A stretch of 64,000 bases of DNA, taken from Setoptus koraiensis (lineage: Eukaryota > Animalia > Arthropoda). Shown here one piece after another: positions 1-12,459 of this stretch. The stretch's first letter is position 1, and every line of letters starts with the position of its first letter. Made by a program: the position numbers and the translations under genes. The notes below the pieces were generated by a model. The model saw only the letters and a program-made list of their open reading frames with translations, searched no databases and was not told where the DNA came from. The stretch is from assembly GCA_048013815.1 (NCBI GenBank), contig CM106586.1:9300001-9364000 (forward strand), written 5' to 3'.

Positions 1-152
1 TGTTGTTGTTGTTGTTGTTGTGACGATATGATTCACATGGGATAAATGGAAACAAACATCTCATCGAGTCTCGATTGAATAATCGACTGTGTTACACAAC
101 AACCAATGGGCGCTAATATCTATCTATTTATCTGGGCGAATGTAGTTGTCAA

Positions 153-154
<2 letters not shown>

Positions 155-213
<59 letters not shown>

Positions 214-217
214 GTGT
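155..217. repeat. (TG)n microsatellite
   Basis: Near-perfect TG run read directly. Confidence 0.95.
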
Positions 218-847
218 CGTTAGGTCATTAGAAAGCGGCTGTTCTTTTTAAATAATAATTTATTTATGTGCTCCATTATTGTTGTTGTTGTTGTTGTTGT
301 ATCATATAAACTTGTTTCGCTAAATATATAGAACATACATAGTAAATTTATTTCTAATCTAGAACCATTGTGTGCTTAGGCAGACATAGTCACAGGGCTA
401 GAGGATCTTTCGTTGGCTTGCCATTGCTCACTCGCTGCAATTTGCTGTTGCACTATTCATGTCAATGTTTCATCTCGCTTTCGTTTCAATGCTCGCTGTT
501 GGTTGATTTTTTAACTTTTGGATGAGATTTGTATTTTAGATCTGATCAGCATAATGAATTTCATTCACTACGACTCGCACAGAGAGTCATTTAGCGAGAT
601 GAGTGTGTATGTAGATGAGATAGTAGTTGCTACCGCTAGAGAAACCGCTTGAGACGCCTTGGGTGCGTTTGTGTCGCTTCGAATATGGTGAGAGTCGTCA
701 ATATCGTCGTGTGTGTGTGTGAGTAGCTTTTGTTTATTTGTATATTGATCTATTCATCCATTCATCTATCTGGAGTATTTAGTATGTGCCACGACGGCTT
801 CGAAGGGCTCATCCGTCGCCACCATGAATAATGATAATGTCTATTAG

Positions 848-924
<77 letters not shown>
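848..924. repeat. (TC)n microsatellite
   Basis: Pure TC run; explains the ERERER and LSLSLS ORFs in the track. Confidence 0.95.
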
Positions 925-926
<2 letters not shown>

Positions 927-2239
927 GCTCGCTCTATCTCTCTCGCTCTCTCTTTATCGCTCGCTTCTTTTTTATGCGGATTCTCAGCGGAGAGAGAAGA
1001 AGCGAGATCAAAGTAAGCGAGCGCAGGGAGAAGGCGAGCCACAGAGGAGAGAGAGAGAGAGAGAGAGACGAATTAGGCAACCTAATTTAATGCAATATGT
1101 TCATGTCATCTCCAAAGTCGCTCTCTCGTTCTCGACTCTCGGCGTGCATCTTGAATAAACAGATAAACTGAAGGCATGCTCAGCAACAACAACAACAACT
1201 GGGCCGACCTCAGTGTCGCCGTTTAGAAGCGCACCGAACGCTCGCGAGCGAACAAACAACAATCCTAGAGTAGTGGCAACGAGCGAAAAGAAGTGAAAAG
1301 TCGGCAGTGAAATCACAATGATGATAAATATATATATATATATACTGTGCTTGTGTTGGCTCAATGACAAACTATAAATTAGCCAACTACAGCTGCCAGC
1401 CAGCCAGCCAGCCAGATAGATAGATAGATAAATGGATATATACATAAAGTGAGAGAGAGAGAGAGAGCCAGAAAGAAACAGCACGATTAGAAATATAGAT
1501 ACTACCTCGGTATTCGCTCGCTCAAATTACCTATCACTTTCTATCTCGTTGCACGCAACAACACCGACAAAAACATGTCGCTGCTGTTGCCACTAGCCTA
1601 ACTAACGACTGATCATGTTGGCCCGCTGTTAAAGGCTTACGCGAAATGAAAATGGAAATAAATATAAATAAAGAGTTACTAACCAGCTAGCAGCCACGAT
1701 AATATAGCGATAATCCTAGCTGGTGTTTCGTGTCGTGTTGTGTCGTTGTTATAACACAGTGTTCGACAGTGTGCATTAGCCCGGGTGAGATCAAAGTCGT
1801 CTATCTATCAATCATTTGTGGTGCACAAAATTTGTGCTATCCGCACTGCGATACAAACTGCGAACCGGAAGTGCGCATAAGCCATGCTCTTGAGTCTTGG
1901 GGCAGGCATCAAATTATCAAACTTTGTCAGCATTGCCAAGAGACTATCGCTCTGGCTATTGCTTAATCTGTCTGTGTGTCAGCAAATAGCTTTTGCTTTG
2001 CCATGCTCACTGATTTTGATTGGTCGTCGAGATTCGCTTTACCTCTGCAGCGAAGTTGGGGTGAATTAGTGACAGTGTCATATGGTCTTATGGTCGTGTG
2101 GTTCGGCACGAGAGTATGTTCGGCGGTGAACTTGATATTGTCGCCGATGAAAATACTTGTTGTGAAATCAACGGCATCGAGAATTGTCGCTAGCTGATGC
2201 CATTGTTGCCGTTCTGCATCATGCACAATCATATATCCG

Positions 2240-2361
2240 ACGGCGGCGGCAGCAGCAGCAGCAACGACAACAACAACAACGACAACAACAACAACGACAA
2301 CAGCAACAACGACGGCAACAACAACAACAACGACAACAGCAACAGCGACGGCAACAACAGC
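2240..2361. repeat. (CAA/CAG/CGA)n trinucleotide repeat
   Basis: Mixed CAR/CGA repeat; no recognisable host CDS. Confidence 0.9.
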
Positions 2362-3042
2362 TAACTAACAACAGCATCTAGCGACCTTGAATAGCTAGCT
2401 GATAATGGCAGCCAGTGAGAGTAACATATTGCCAGTGTTGTGAGCTTGAACGAGAAACGGTGCACTTTCACAATCCGGCCAGCAGCCTGTCTAATATACG
2501 CGTTGCCTCTGACAAGCAGTTGCAAATTTGAGAGCAGTGTGTTGTTTGGAGCAACAATCTCAATGGTAGCCAAAATCGCTAGGCGAACTCAACAAGCGAA
2601 ACAAATCTCTGGGCTAGATTAACACGCTCGGCAGCAAGCAGCCAGCTTGCAGTGTGCGATATTGAGTAGAGATATGACTAAATGTTAATAACTAGTTACT
2701 GTTTACTGTTTCTTGTTTCTTGTCTCTCTCTCTCTTTCTTCAATTATTATTGTGATTAGTGGCCTAGAGCTCTTAATTAGCGCCATTAACTCGGCATATA
2801 GCGTGCAATTGTGTGTATACGTAGTCACAAGCAAAGTTGACTCGCTTTGCCTGGCCATCAACTTCGCCATGACAGCCCAAATATGATGGCGGGCCCCCCG
2901 CCCCCATCCTCACAACAGGCTTGCCTTAAGACAGCCGGCGGGCCCCCGCTCGGACGTTTCCAGCACTGCGTCCGGACACTATTCGACGAGACACCAAGCA
3001 TTCATGAATATTTATCTAGATCAAATAAATATTCACAATTTT

Positions 3043-3066
3043 TTTGAAATTGGCGCGCCAAAAACA
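3043..3066 (+). promoter_or_regulatory. CHR-like plus E2F-like composite element upstream of BolA2
   Basis: TTTGAAATTGGCGCGCCAAAAACA; 19/24 identical to the minus-strand element upstream of RpS10 and of the 68-aa ORF. Confidence 0.55.
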
Positions 3067-3219
3067 TCAACAGGGAACCCACGTTGTGCCAGACAAAATA
3101 TGCTTCTTGGCCATAGTTTGATGATACAATAATAAAGTTGGTGATATTTGCATACTCATCTCATTTATATCAAACCACCAAATAATCGAATCTTGTTAGG
3201 CCCACAAACTGACGGTGAT

Positions 3220-3612
3220 ATGAGCTTATTAGCAGCCAACACCGCTCTAAAATTAGTGACTAGATTAACAAACGCCAACTGTCAACGCATACTTTGCGCG
3301 TCATCGAGAAACATGTCCAGTGGTGCAGGTGAAAATGGTCCCATCTATAGCGCCGACTATATCAAGGACAAATTGACGACAAAACTGGAAGCCAACCATG
3401 TGGATGTTGAGGACATGTCCGGCTGTTGTGGTATGAAATTTAACGCACTCATTGTATCGCCCCAATTCGACGGCAAACCAATACTACAGAGGCAACGACT
3501 CGTCAATCAGGTGCTGGCCGACGAAATGAAGATCATACACGCTTTCACGATGAAGACATTGACACCCAGTCAATGGGACGATATAAAGCAACAGCAACAA
3601 CACAAACAATAA
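3220..3612 (+). CDS. BOLA2: BolA-family protein, BOLA2-like, with N-terminal extension
   Basis: YIKDKLTTKLEANHVDVEDMSGCCGMKFNALIVSPQFDGKPILQRQRLVNQVLADEMKIIHAFTMKTLTPSQW matches the BolA2 pattern. First ATG 3220, second in-frame ATG 3313; single coding exon. Confidence 0.9.
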   Translation: MSLLAANTALKLVTRLTNANCQRILCASSRNMSSGAGENGPIYSADYIKDKLTTKLEANHVDVEDMSGCCGMKFNALIVSPQFDGKPILQRQRLVNQVLADEMKIIHAFTMKTLTPSQWDDIKQQQQHKQ

Positions 3613-3655
3613 ACATGGTGATCAATTAATGATCACCAGCCAACATCATCAAACT

Positions 3656-3934
3656 ATGACAGAGAGACATAGGTACGTTGCTCGAGATGAAGTCCGATTC
3701 GACTTAGACGAATAGTTAGAAACGGGCACAAATGTTATAGGGCAGCTTAAAAACCAAGGAAACGCGCTTGGCTCTATTCACAAACGACTTTACCACGTCA
3801 AGAGCAATAAAGGCATGTCTAGGACTATCATGAAATTGATCGAAAGCCGATTCAGTACCGACGAACTGATACTTTTTGGAGGAATGGCATTGTTTACTTT
3901 ACTCATGTGCCTGGTCTGCTCTTATCTTTTGTAG
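3656..3934 (+). pseudogene. GOSR2: Membrin/GOSR2 (Golgi Qb-SNARE) C-terminal remnant with in-frame TAG at 3713
   Basis: Frame reads MTERHRYVARDEVRFDLDE*LETGTNVIGQLKNQGNALGSIHKRLYHVKSNKGMSRTIMKLIESRFSTDELILFGGMALFTLLMCLVCSYLL*: SNARE motif plus tail anchor typical of membrin. Absent from the ORF track. Confidence 0.7.
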
Positions 3935-4028
3935 CAATCCGTGTATGAGTGAAGTAATAAAGATTACACATTTCGTTGTGATTTTTAGAGTGAGAAAATA
4001 TTAGTATAAAATAACAATCAAATCAAAA

Positions 4029-4616
4029 TCAAGGCTTCAATAGCGAATCCAACTCAGTCTGAATTTTGTCCAAGTTGTCAAATAGATCGCTCAGCTCTTG
4101 TTTGCCCAGGTCCAACGACACGGTCACGCCGTCGGCCCTCTTCAGATTCAATTGTACCAGGTTGGCCTGGATAACTTTATCGCTCTCAATCAGTGACGAG
4201 TTTCGTTTCATCAATGTCTCCACTGCTACTATATGATTGGGATTTATGTTGTCCGTATAGGAGCGCATCGCCTCAATTGTTTTGGCACTATAGTAAGACC
4301 AAAGTTGTCCGAAAGCATTTGAGCGCTGGTCGTCCACTCCGGATAGCCTCAATGAATTGACCAGAGACTTCAACTTGGCCGATCTCCTAGAGGCTGTCAT
4401 CCAGATCTGAATTAATCCCGAAACAAGCTGGCGCTGTCTGGTCTTGTCAACAGCGTCGCCCTGAAAGCAATCAGTCAACAATAGCTTGTCAATAAATTCG
4501 TTCGAGTCAACGGCTTCCTTATTCACTATGGCGTCCAATATTATTTTGTTGATGTTGTCAAGTAGTTGTAAATCAACATCATTAATGAGATCGCTAGGAA
4601 TTGTTTGGTTAGACAT
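4029..4616 (-). CDS. COMMD10: COMM-domain protein, COMMD10-like (195 aa, intronless)
   Basis: C-terminal VSLDLGKQELSDLFDNLDKIQTELDSLL and central AFGQLWSYYSAKTIEAMR resemble COMMD10; first ATG at 4616. Confidence 0.75.
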   Translation of the reverse strand: MSNQTIPSDLINDVDLQLLDNINKIILDAIVNKEAVDSNEFIDKLLLTDCFQGDAVDKTRQRQLVSGLIQIWMTASRRSAKLKSLVNSLRLSGVDDQRSNAFGQLWSYYSAKTIEAMRSYTDNINPNHIVAVETLMKRNSSLIESDKVIQANLVQLNLKRADGVTVSLDLGKQELSDLFDNLDKIQTELDSLLKP

Positions 4617-4739
4617 AATTGAGTTGATTGGCACTCACTTAAGACTGTCAAAAATCGCCACACTTGTCATTTAGTTTACTAATGTGACAATATTGTTGTA
4701 TTTTGCATTATACTGTATCATTATTGCATGTATAGGAAA

Positions 4740-5190
4740 TAGAGATGGGGCAAATTGGGAATTTGCAGGCGCAAATTGGCACAGAATTCATTTGCTAAAT
4801 GTGCAAATTCCCATTTGCAATTTGCACGCAAAAAAAATGTGCAAATTGTAGCAAATTTGTGCAAATCATTTGCCGATTTGCAATTTGCAGGTGCAAATTC
4901 GGACATGCAAATGTGCAAATTGCAAATCTTTTGCACAAATTTGCTGAAATTTGCACAGATTTGCACGCGTCCCGTTCAGATGCTCGATCCAAGTATATTA
5001 TCCATTCTTTGAATTGGCTTTCATGTGCAAATTGCAGCAAATTGCACATGCAAAAGATTTGCATGTGCAAAAAATTTGCTCGCAAATTCGCGAATTCGCA
5101 TCAGCTGTGGCAAATTGAGAATTTGCACATTTTGCAAATCTTTTCTGTGCCGGATTTGCACCTGCAAATTCCCAATTTGCCCCATCTCTA
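4740..5190. mobile_element. Non-autonomous hAT-type MITE (451 bp)
   Basis: TIR TAGAGATGGGGCAAATTGGGAATTTGCAGG(C/T)GCAAAT at both ends; identical 8-bp TSD ATAGGAAA at 4732-4739 and 5191-5198; interior packed with TTTGCA/TGCAAA words; no transposase. Confidence 0.9.
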
Positions 5191-6364
5191 ATAGGAAACG
5201 TGTGTAATCAGCTGATGCTGCTTCTTGATTTTTATCAGTGAGAGTGATCAATGATCGCTCGTACGACCAACGTAAACAATTCCCGTGTCAGTTCCTGTTA
5301 TGTGTATTGTTATTTGTTGGGTTGAATTGTTATATGGCATTTGTTGTCTATATTCACTGTTTCAGTTGATGACCCATTTATAACAAATTTAATAGATAAT
5401 TTATTTATTTAGCCCATTGATGCTAGCAAACACAGTCTCTTTCTCTACTTCAAGTGGCTGTCATGAGACCCCCTGTCCAGTGTCTCAATGCCGACAGTAG
5501 ACAGCATCTTTCTAAGGTCATCAATCTGTCTAGACTATGACGCAGCTTATCATTTTGTGATGTTTTTGTAATGGTTGTAATTGGTGAAGATTCGCACGAC
5601 AACAACATTTGTAACAAACATTGCAACATTTGTTTGTTTGTATCTGTATACACGATGTGTGTGTGTCTAGTGACGATATGAGGCGATGACAAGAGTGCCG
5701 TTATCCATCTAGCCATCTAGCCTAGCATTCGATAGACAACTTCGTCTGGTGTGGTCTGGTCTGTGACAATAATCAAGTCTAGATGCCTGTGTGTTATAGT
5801 GTGTATAGTCGACTCAAAGAACCTTACTGATTCACTCGAGACGGATGTCACGGAAAAACAAATATTGTTCAGACGAATGTGGCGATAATACATGCCAACT
5901 CACTCTCGGTCGTTCGAGCAATTCTTCGTCGTTCGAGAGTTGAATACAAGTGTCACCATACAAGTGTTATCAAAGGTGAAGATGTTGACAGAGTTGGCCA
6001 GTCCGCAACAACATGCCACGACGCCCACGCCAATCTAACAAGTGTATCAATCACATCCTGGAGATCAGGATAAACAACGCGAGGTGCAAGTATAGTAATA
6101 ATAAGAATATTGCTTTTACTTCATCCATTGTTATCACTATTGGTGATATTATTGGTATCATTATTAGTATTATTAGTGCACTCAAAGTTTACTGACTCAT
6201 GAGCGAACATGTCATAAGTCATGTTTGTTTTCTGTTTAAAACAAACATCCACTACATGAAATAGTGATAGCAGCAGGTTCTGTGGGTCTCGCAAGCGGCC
6301 TTATCAAGAAGTGATCTATCTCTTAAGCTCACGACAGCCACCAACCATAAGGCGACTCGGCGTA

Positions 6365-6503
<139 letters not shown>

Positions 6504-9424
6504 CTTGGCGGGCTGCTGATGGAAATACATCAATTATCATCTCAAGTATCATTTCAAGAGAGATAATATTGTCTAATTGTAATATGTGTTAACCAATATT
6601 GATGTTGATCTTTATGAGTCAGCGGGCGAGCAGAAAATAGACAAACGACACAAATGACAAATACAAATTTATATCATCTCTAGACTGCCAGCAGACAGTG
6701 TCGCTCATGATACATCTAACCCAAAGTGAGACGTGAGTCTCTCCTACCCCCAATGTCTACGCTCTGTCTGGGCGCTGTTGGCGTTGTGGAAGCTAAAGGA
6801 TATTTGTCAAGATTGTCACCAAGATGATTCCCTGAGACGTCACTGCCAGCAAAGAGACTTGGTTCTCTTTGCTGGCGTGTGGCGGCGAGTTGTGTCAGGT
6901 GCCCTATGGTATAGTTATAGTATATAGTTTGTTTAGCGGAAATTGCACACTTTTATCGGCTGCATACTTACGTACTGTCACGCTAAGATTCGGGTCCAAG
7001 CCACCAAAATGTCGTGGTCAGCTCAACTTCCTGAACAGGAGGCGATTTTTCTTTCCATCCGCAACAACCTACCAGCCAATGCAAACTCTCTTTGCAAAAA
7101 AACGTGCGTGATGAACCATCGAATACACATACACTTTAGCGCACATTTATTGCAATTTGTCACCTTAGACCCAAATGTGGGTGTGACTGTTCGTGGGGTC
7201 CCCTCGTCAGCGGACTCACCTATCCCGATACTTTGTGGCACGACAACAAAAACCTGAAAGTTTGATAAGCTAGCTAAACTGACCACTGGCAGGCTCAAAT
7301 AGCTATAGCTTATAGTCGACTTGTTGCTGTGATGCCAAACGGTCTCGTCTCTTGTGTCCCTCGTGCCGGAAGATAACATCCGACAAGGTTCAAACCAACA
7401 AGTCAAATGACTTCATTATCACTTGATTATCTGCAATCTGTGGACATTGTTCACAACAACAACAACAACAACATTACATAGCCAGTAGCGAATCTGTCAT
7501 AGTGGTGATATTCTTATAGACACCATTCATTTGGCTAGCCTGTGGTTTTCATGCCTAGGCTGTTTATTATCACCACGAGACACAGCTTACTTATGCCCTA
7601 ATCAAGCACAATATCTGTATCAGTATTTTATTGTCGCTGTTTTTGTTGTTTTTGCTGTTGTTGTTGTTGTCGTTTCACTGAAGTTGGTTACACAACATAT
7701 ACACAAATATACTACAGACAACAACACAATTACTATCAACCAGGCATAAATACAATAAAAACAATATGGAAGAAATTGCTAGGCAAAAGAATAAGAAAAA
7801 GAAGAAATATAAACCAAGCAGATAGACAGACAGCTCGACAGTCATTATTATCTCTAATGTGCTCACTCAAATTACACCACCAATATCAAAAACCAAATTA
7901 GTCTTGACACATAGACATAGTCACATAGTCGCACATGGTAATTCAAATGCAACTGAACTAAGCTAAGACACGACAAGACACTAATTAGATATGATCATGG
8001 CTATCGTAATCATAATTATGCTATATATAAATGCTATTATAATTATGATTATTATTATCATCAGTGTTTTGATAGATCAGTTTGACAATCGTCTCACTCG
8101 GATAGTGAGTGTGTAGACGGGCAACATGGCCTAGTTAGTTGCTGTTGTTGTTGTATGTGTTTGCTAAACATATACACTGAGCTTATCATCTTGCAACAAG
8201 CTAAATCTGCCAACAGCATTTTTGCAGTCAATTTTGACGCCTTTTTCCTCATTTTTGTTGTTTTATTCTTGCTTCTATCGCCATTGGTTGTCCTCGATGG
8301 GCCATCATGTATCTCTCTCTCTTGTGCTGCTGCATTGCTGCAACTAGATCCAAATTGCGCACCGGTGATAATCATTTGTTGCCGCGATAACAATCGCGTC
8401 GTGGCGGCTGTTGACGATGACTAGCAGTAGACGACTCCTAAAGATTCTAGAAGTCGTCTACTAGAGAAAGATTATGAAGATATTGTGGCTGCCAGGGTTG
8501 TTGTATAATGTGGATGGATATTCATCCATCCACTAAGGCGCAAAGGAACAAGGCGCCAGTTCTGCAAGTGGCGCTACCCAAAACACTTACACAAAATCGT
8601 TGTCAATTAATATCGGGAATACTCGCCGACTGACTGACGGAATTAGTGGCTGTCTGTCTGGCAAGCTAGCAATTAAATTGCGTAGTCGATGGGGAGGCAC
8701 CGATACGACAACGAGCGACAAGATTGGAGAGAGTCAGACACTTGCCATGAGAGGCTGGGGGAAAGAGTCTATATATATATATATATTGGTATATATATTT
8801 ATAGAGAGAGGCGGATGATATAGGGAAAAAAGTTAGCGACACCACATAGTTAGATACCATCACACAAGCTGGTTGTTGAGTCTTCATTAGTCGGCTGCTA
8901 ATCATCGCCACTTAAGGTCCTAAGTGATTCCCCATCTCGAATACGTCAACACTTCTTTGAATCTGAATCTTATTAAACATATATTGTTGCTGTCTGCTGT
9001 CATCGCATACCAATTATCTTGCAATGTTTGTGGTTGTGTGAGTGTGCGTGTCTACAATTAATCGGAAGGTATTTCACCACAACCAATTGCTTGTAATGAA
9101 TGCTCCATGTGAATGTGTCGCTGAAAGAATAATAATGAAAAGAAACATTTCTAGACATGTCTAGTTAGCTTTGTTGTCTAGCAACGCTGTTTATTGTCTT
9201 TGTTATTATTCATCATAATTGTTAAACTTGTTGCTATCGTTATTCATCATCAGTAATGAATCATTGCTAATGGTGATCGCGCCAGTAATCACGACATATA
9301 ATCATCATTTAGTAGAAGCCGATCAATTGTTAGATAATCACAACTTGTTGAATCATCACTGAGATCATGGATGGTCCAACCATCACAGCCATCGCAGCCG
9401 CCATTTACACCGTGCATACCATAT

Positions 9425-9442
9425 AGAGATATAAATATATAC

Positions 9443-9473
<31 letters not shown>

Positions 9474-9552
9474 AATATGTAAACACGTATATATATATAT
9501 ATATCATTATATAAATATCAATATATATATATATAAATATATAACGAATATA
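9425..9552. repeat. (TA)n-rich low-complexity tract
   Basis: Imperfect TA repeat read directly. Confidence 0.9.
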
Positions 9553-10187
9553 TAGTGAAATAATGCCAATAGTTACCACGGTCATTAATTTATAGTTGCT
9601 GCAATGATTTCTTTCCTTTTTAATTCGTGTTACATCCTCAAGTCGTCGTGCTTGTCGTCGTCTTCGTCGTTGTTGTCTTTGTCTTTTTCATCACCATCGT
9701 CGCCATCATCGCCGCCGTCTTCGTATTTGTCGTCGTCGTCGTAGTCTTTGTCGTTATCGTCGTCTTCGCATATATAAACGTTATCAACGAGCAAACAAGC
9801 AAAAGAGTTGCACTTTTCATTCGTGGAACTTTTAATTGCAAGCCATTTAAGATGAAATATCCTGTATGAAAGAAACAACACAACAAATTGAATTTCTTAG
9901 AATTTACACAAGTGAGATAATCAGTGAAATATCTTAATTTATACACGATATTGTATCATTTGTGCACGACACACCGACGGACAACAACAGAATTCATCCT
10001 CACAAGTTGGTGAGAGAATAACACAACAACAAGAAGAAAAAAAGATAATGAAAAAATAATCTATAATTAATCCTCTTATCAAATTCTCCTGAAATTACAA
10101 ACCTGAAAATTAGCCCTAGCAACAAAATAACAATTGCAACATTAATAACAACAATAGCGACCGATATAGCACGTCGACAATAGCAAC

Positions 10188-10665
10188 ATGCGGAAATTAT
10201 TTGTGTCACAAACAATAAACAACATAAAACAGTATAAATCTTGCCTAACGATCTTAGCAGCATTTATAGTATTTGTGACACTTATGCAAGTGTCATATAA
10301 GCCAGTCAATTGCACATGTGCCACTTGTCACAATAACTTATTTAATGCCGCTGGCAGACACAATAACAGCACCATCGACAACGTCACCCACCGAGCTCAT
10401 AGAGCCGCCGAGAGAAGTGTCATCGGTCGGAATAACGATGACCTTAATCACAACACCAACAACCAACAACAGCCACACCACCACCACCACCAACAACAAC
10501 AGCAACAACAACAACCGCAACAACTGACTGATCTTAGCCAAGTGGAGCTAAACAACATTAGGACGGAGTTTTTTAAATACAAGATCCTCGACAAGCTTGG
10601 TCTCAGCGACGAGCCGCGGATAGGCGCCAGATCGTCTGAGGTGGAGCGCGATTTTATCAACAATT
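10188..10665 (+). CDS. TGF-beta ligand (activin/Dawdle-like) exon 1
   Basis: Hydrophobic leader LTILAAFIVFVTLM; prodomain helix ELNNIRTEFFKYKILDKLGLSDEP; donor T|GTGAGT at 10666, phase 1. Confidence 0.85.
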
Positions 10666-10850
10666 GTGAGTATCGTCATTCTTTTGATGCTGCTACTTTG
10701 AGTACTATACTGGCTGATTGCATTCAATTCTTTATAGTAACAATTGACAACAATTAGTTACTATAAAGAATCGATACTATACTGACTGTTTGTCTAATTA
10801 ACTAACCTTTTTGGGCTTGCCTTCTTTGGATCATTTCACCACGACACTAG

Positions 10851-11731
10851 TTCTCAAAAGTCAATATCGACCGCTGGATCATGTCAAGGATGAAGCAACG
10901 GACAATTCAATCAGCAGAACAACGGCAACTGCAACTGCAACCACCATGCGTGAAGCCGATAAAGTAATCCTTACGGGCCACCAAACTGGGGCCAACAGAC
11001 TAGAGTTCGATTTGGCTCAATCGCAACTGCTATCTATGATAAACGATAAATTAAGCTCGATCATGTTATCAATTCGTTTAAGAAAAGTGCCAATTACTAA
11101 CAGCTCCACTGCTTCTGTTGCTGATGATACCGCTAATACCGCTACTAATGCTAGCGCTAATTCTGTTGCTTATGACGACGTTAGCAATGATCCATCCTAT
11201 ATTAGACTGTCATTAGAAGAATACATTACAAAAGCGGGCAACTCTTATGATACTACAACGACAACAAGTAAAGAGATACTGATCGCTAATGATAGATTAA
11301 TATCATCGCCACTAATCAATCAAAACAATGCCGATAATGATCCAACTAAACCTATAAAGGATGCTGCTGTTGCTGTCAATTACACAACGGCAGCAACGAC
11401 AAATACAATGACAACAACACCAGCAACAGCAACAACAACAACAACAATGAATGACGCAGACTATATCACACGTAATAAACAGCGAAATAGTCAATCATTG
11501 ATACACGAAATTGAATTGCTACCATCTATTGTTGATACATTGCTGAAAAATCGCGTCAACAATAAACAAAAGTCAACTATAGGGGATAGTATATTTGAAA
11601 AGCTGACACTGCAAGCCAGCAACGATGACGAAAACTATAGACACAAGCTTGTTTTGTTTCTACCAACTGACAGCAACATTCGAATCACTTCAGCCTATCT
11701 GAGCCTGTTCAATAAAGTGCCTGAAACAATG
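10851..11731 (+). CDS. TGF-beta ligand exon 2 (prodomain with T/A/N-rich insertion)
   Basis: Phase-1 acceptor CTAG|TT matches exon 1; ITSAYLSLF resembles the prodomain AELRLY strand; donor ATG|GTAAGT at 11732, phase 0. Confidence 0.75.
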
Positions 11732-12459
11732 GTAAGTACAATTACTAATATATCCATTTCATTTATATAATTTATTTATCAAACTTTATACAAACACAGA
11801 ATGTAATTGGTGTGGCAAGATGTGACAAAACAACTCTTCAACTCATATGACACAGCATATGTAGCCATTCTCGCATAGTGCCATGAGGTTCAACGTCACA
11901 TACACAACCAATAATAATATATTATTATTACTACCATAGTTATACTTTATATGGCAATTGTTTCTCTTTACACTTTATTTATATATTTATATATAAATAT
12001 ATATATATATCTTTGTGTGTCTGTCGTTCAAACTATAACTATAGTTTGCTTTTGTGCGCTTCACTTATTACGTAATATATATATACTTTGTGTGTACCAC
12101 TTGATGTTAGCTTCATTGAGACACACTTGTTGAGATTGGTTGCCTTTACTCGGTTGAGTGTCTTTTAATTAACTCTAGACTTGATTATTTTGCCAGCTAG
12201 TACCACTACCATTAAATAGATAGTCACAAGTTGAGTATGAGTTGTCAACTATCGATTCAATCAGCCTATAATGTTTTCAATCACACTTGCACACAAACAT
12301 TTTAACGATTCTAGCTTAAACTTATAAGCTTGACATCTCTGGCTCTTCAGTCAACCTCTACCAACAATCCTATATAATCTAGATAATAATATACAATTGC
12401 CCCTTTTTTGTTCACCTACTCATATCACCTGCTCGAATGAATCCATTATTTGAGAAAAG

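Noticed and set aside
1-2800. Search for coding exons at the window start
   Set aside because: No recognisable protein or consistent splice chain on either strand.
4721-5251. Cys/Ala/Asn-rich ORFs (CANL, CKF repeats)
   Set aside because: Translations of the MITE's TTTGCA/TGCAAA words; no transposase motifs.
6970-7194. 31-nt inverted similarity (23/31) reading LDPN.-VTVR on opposite strands
   Set aside because: Does not extend; roughly what a window-wide search can give by chance.
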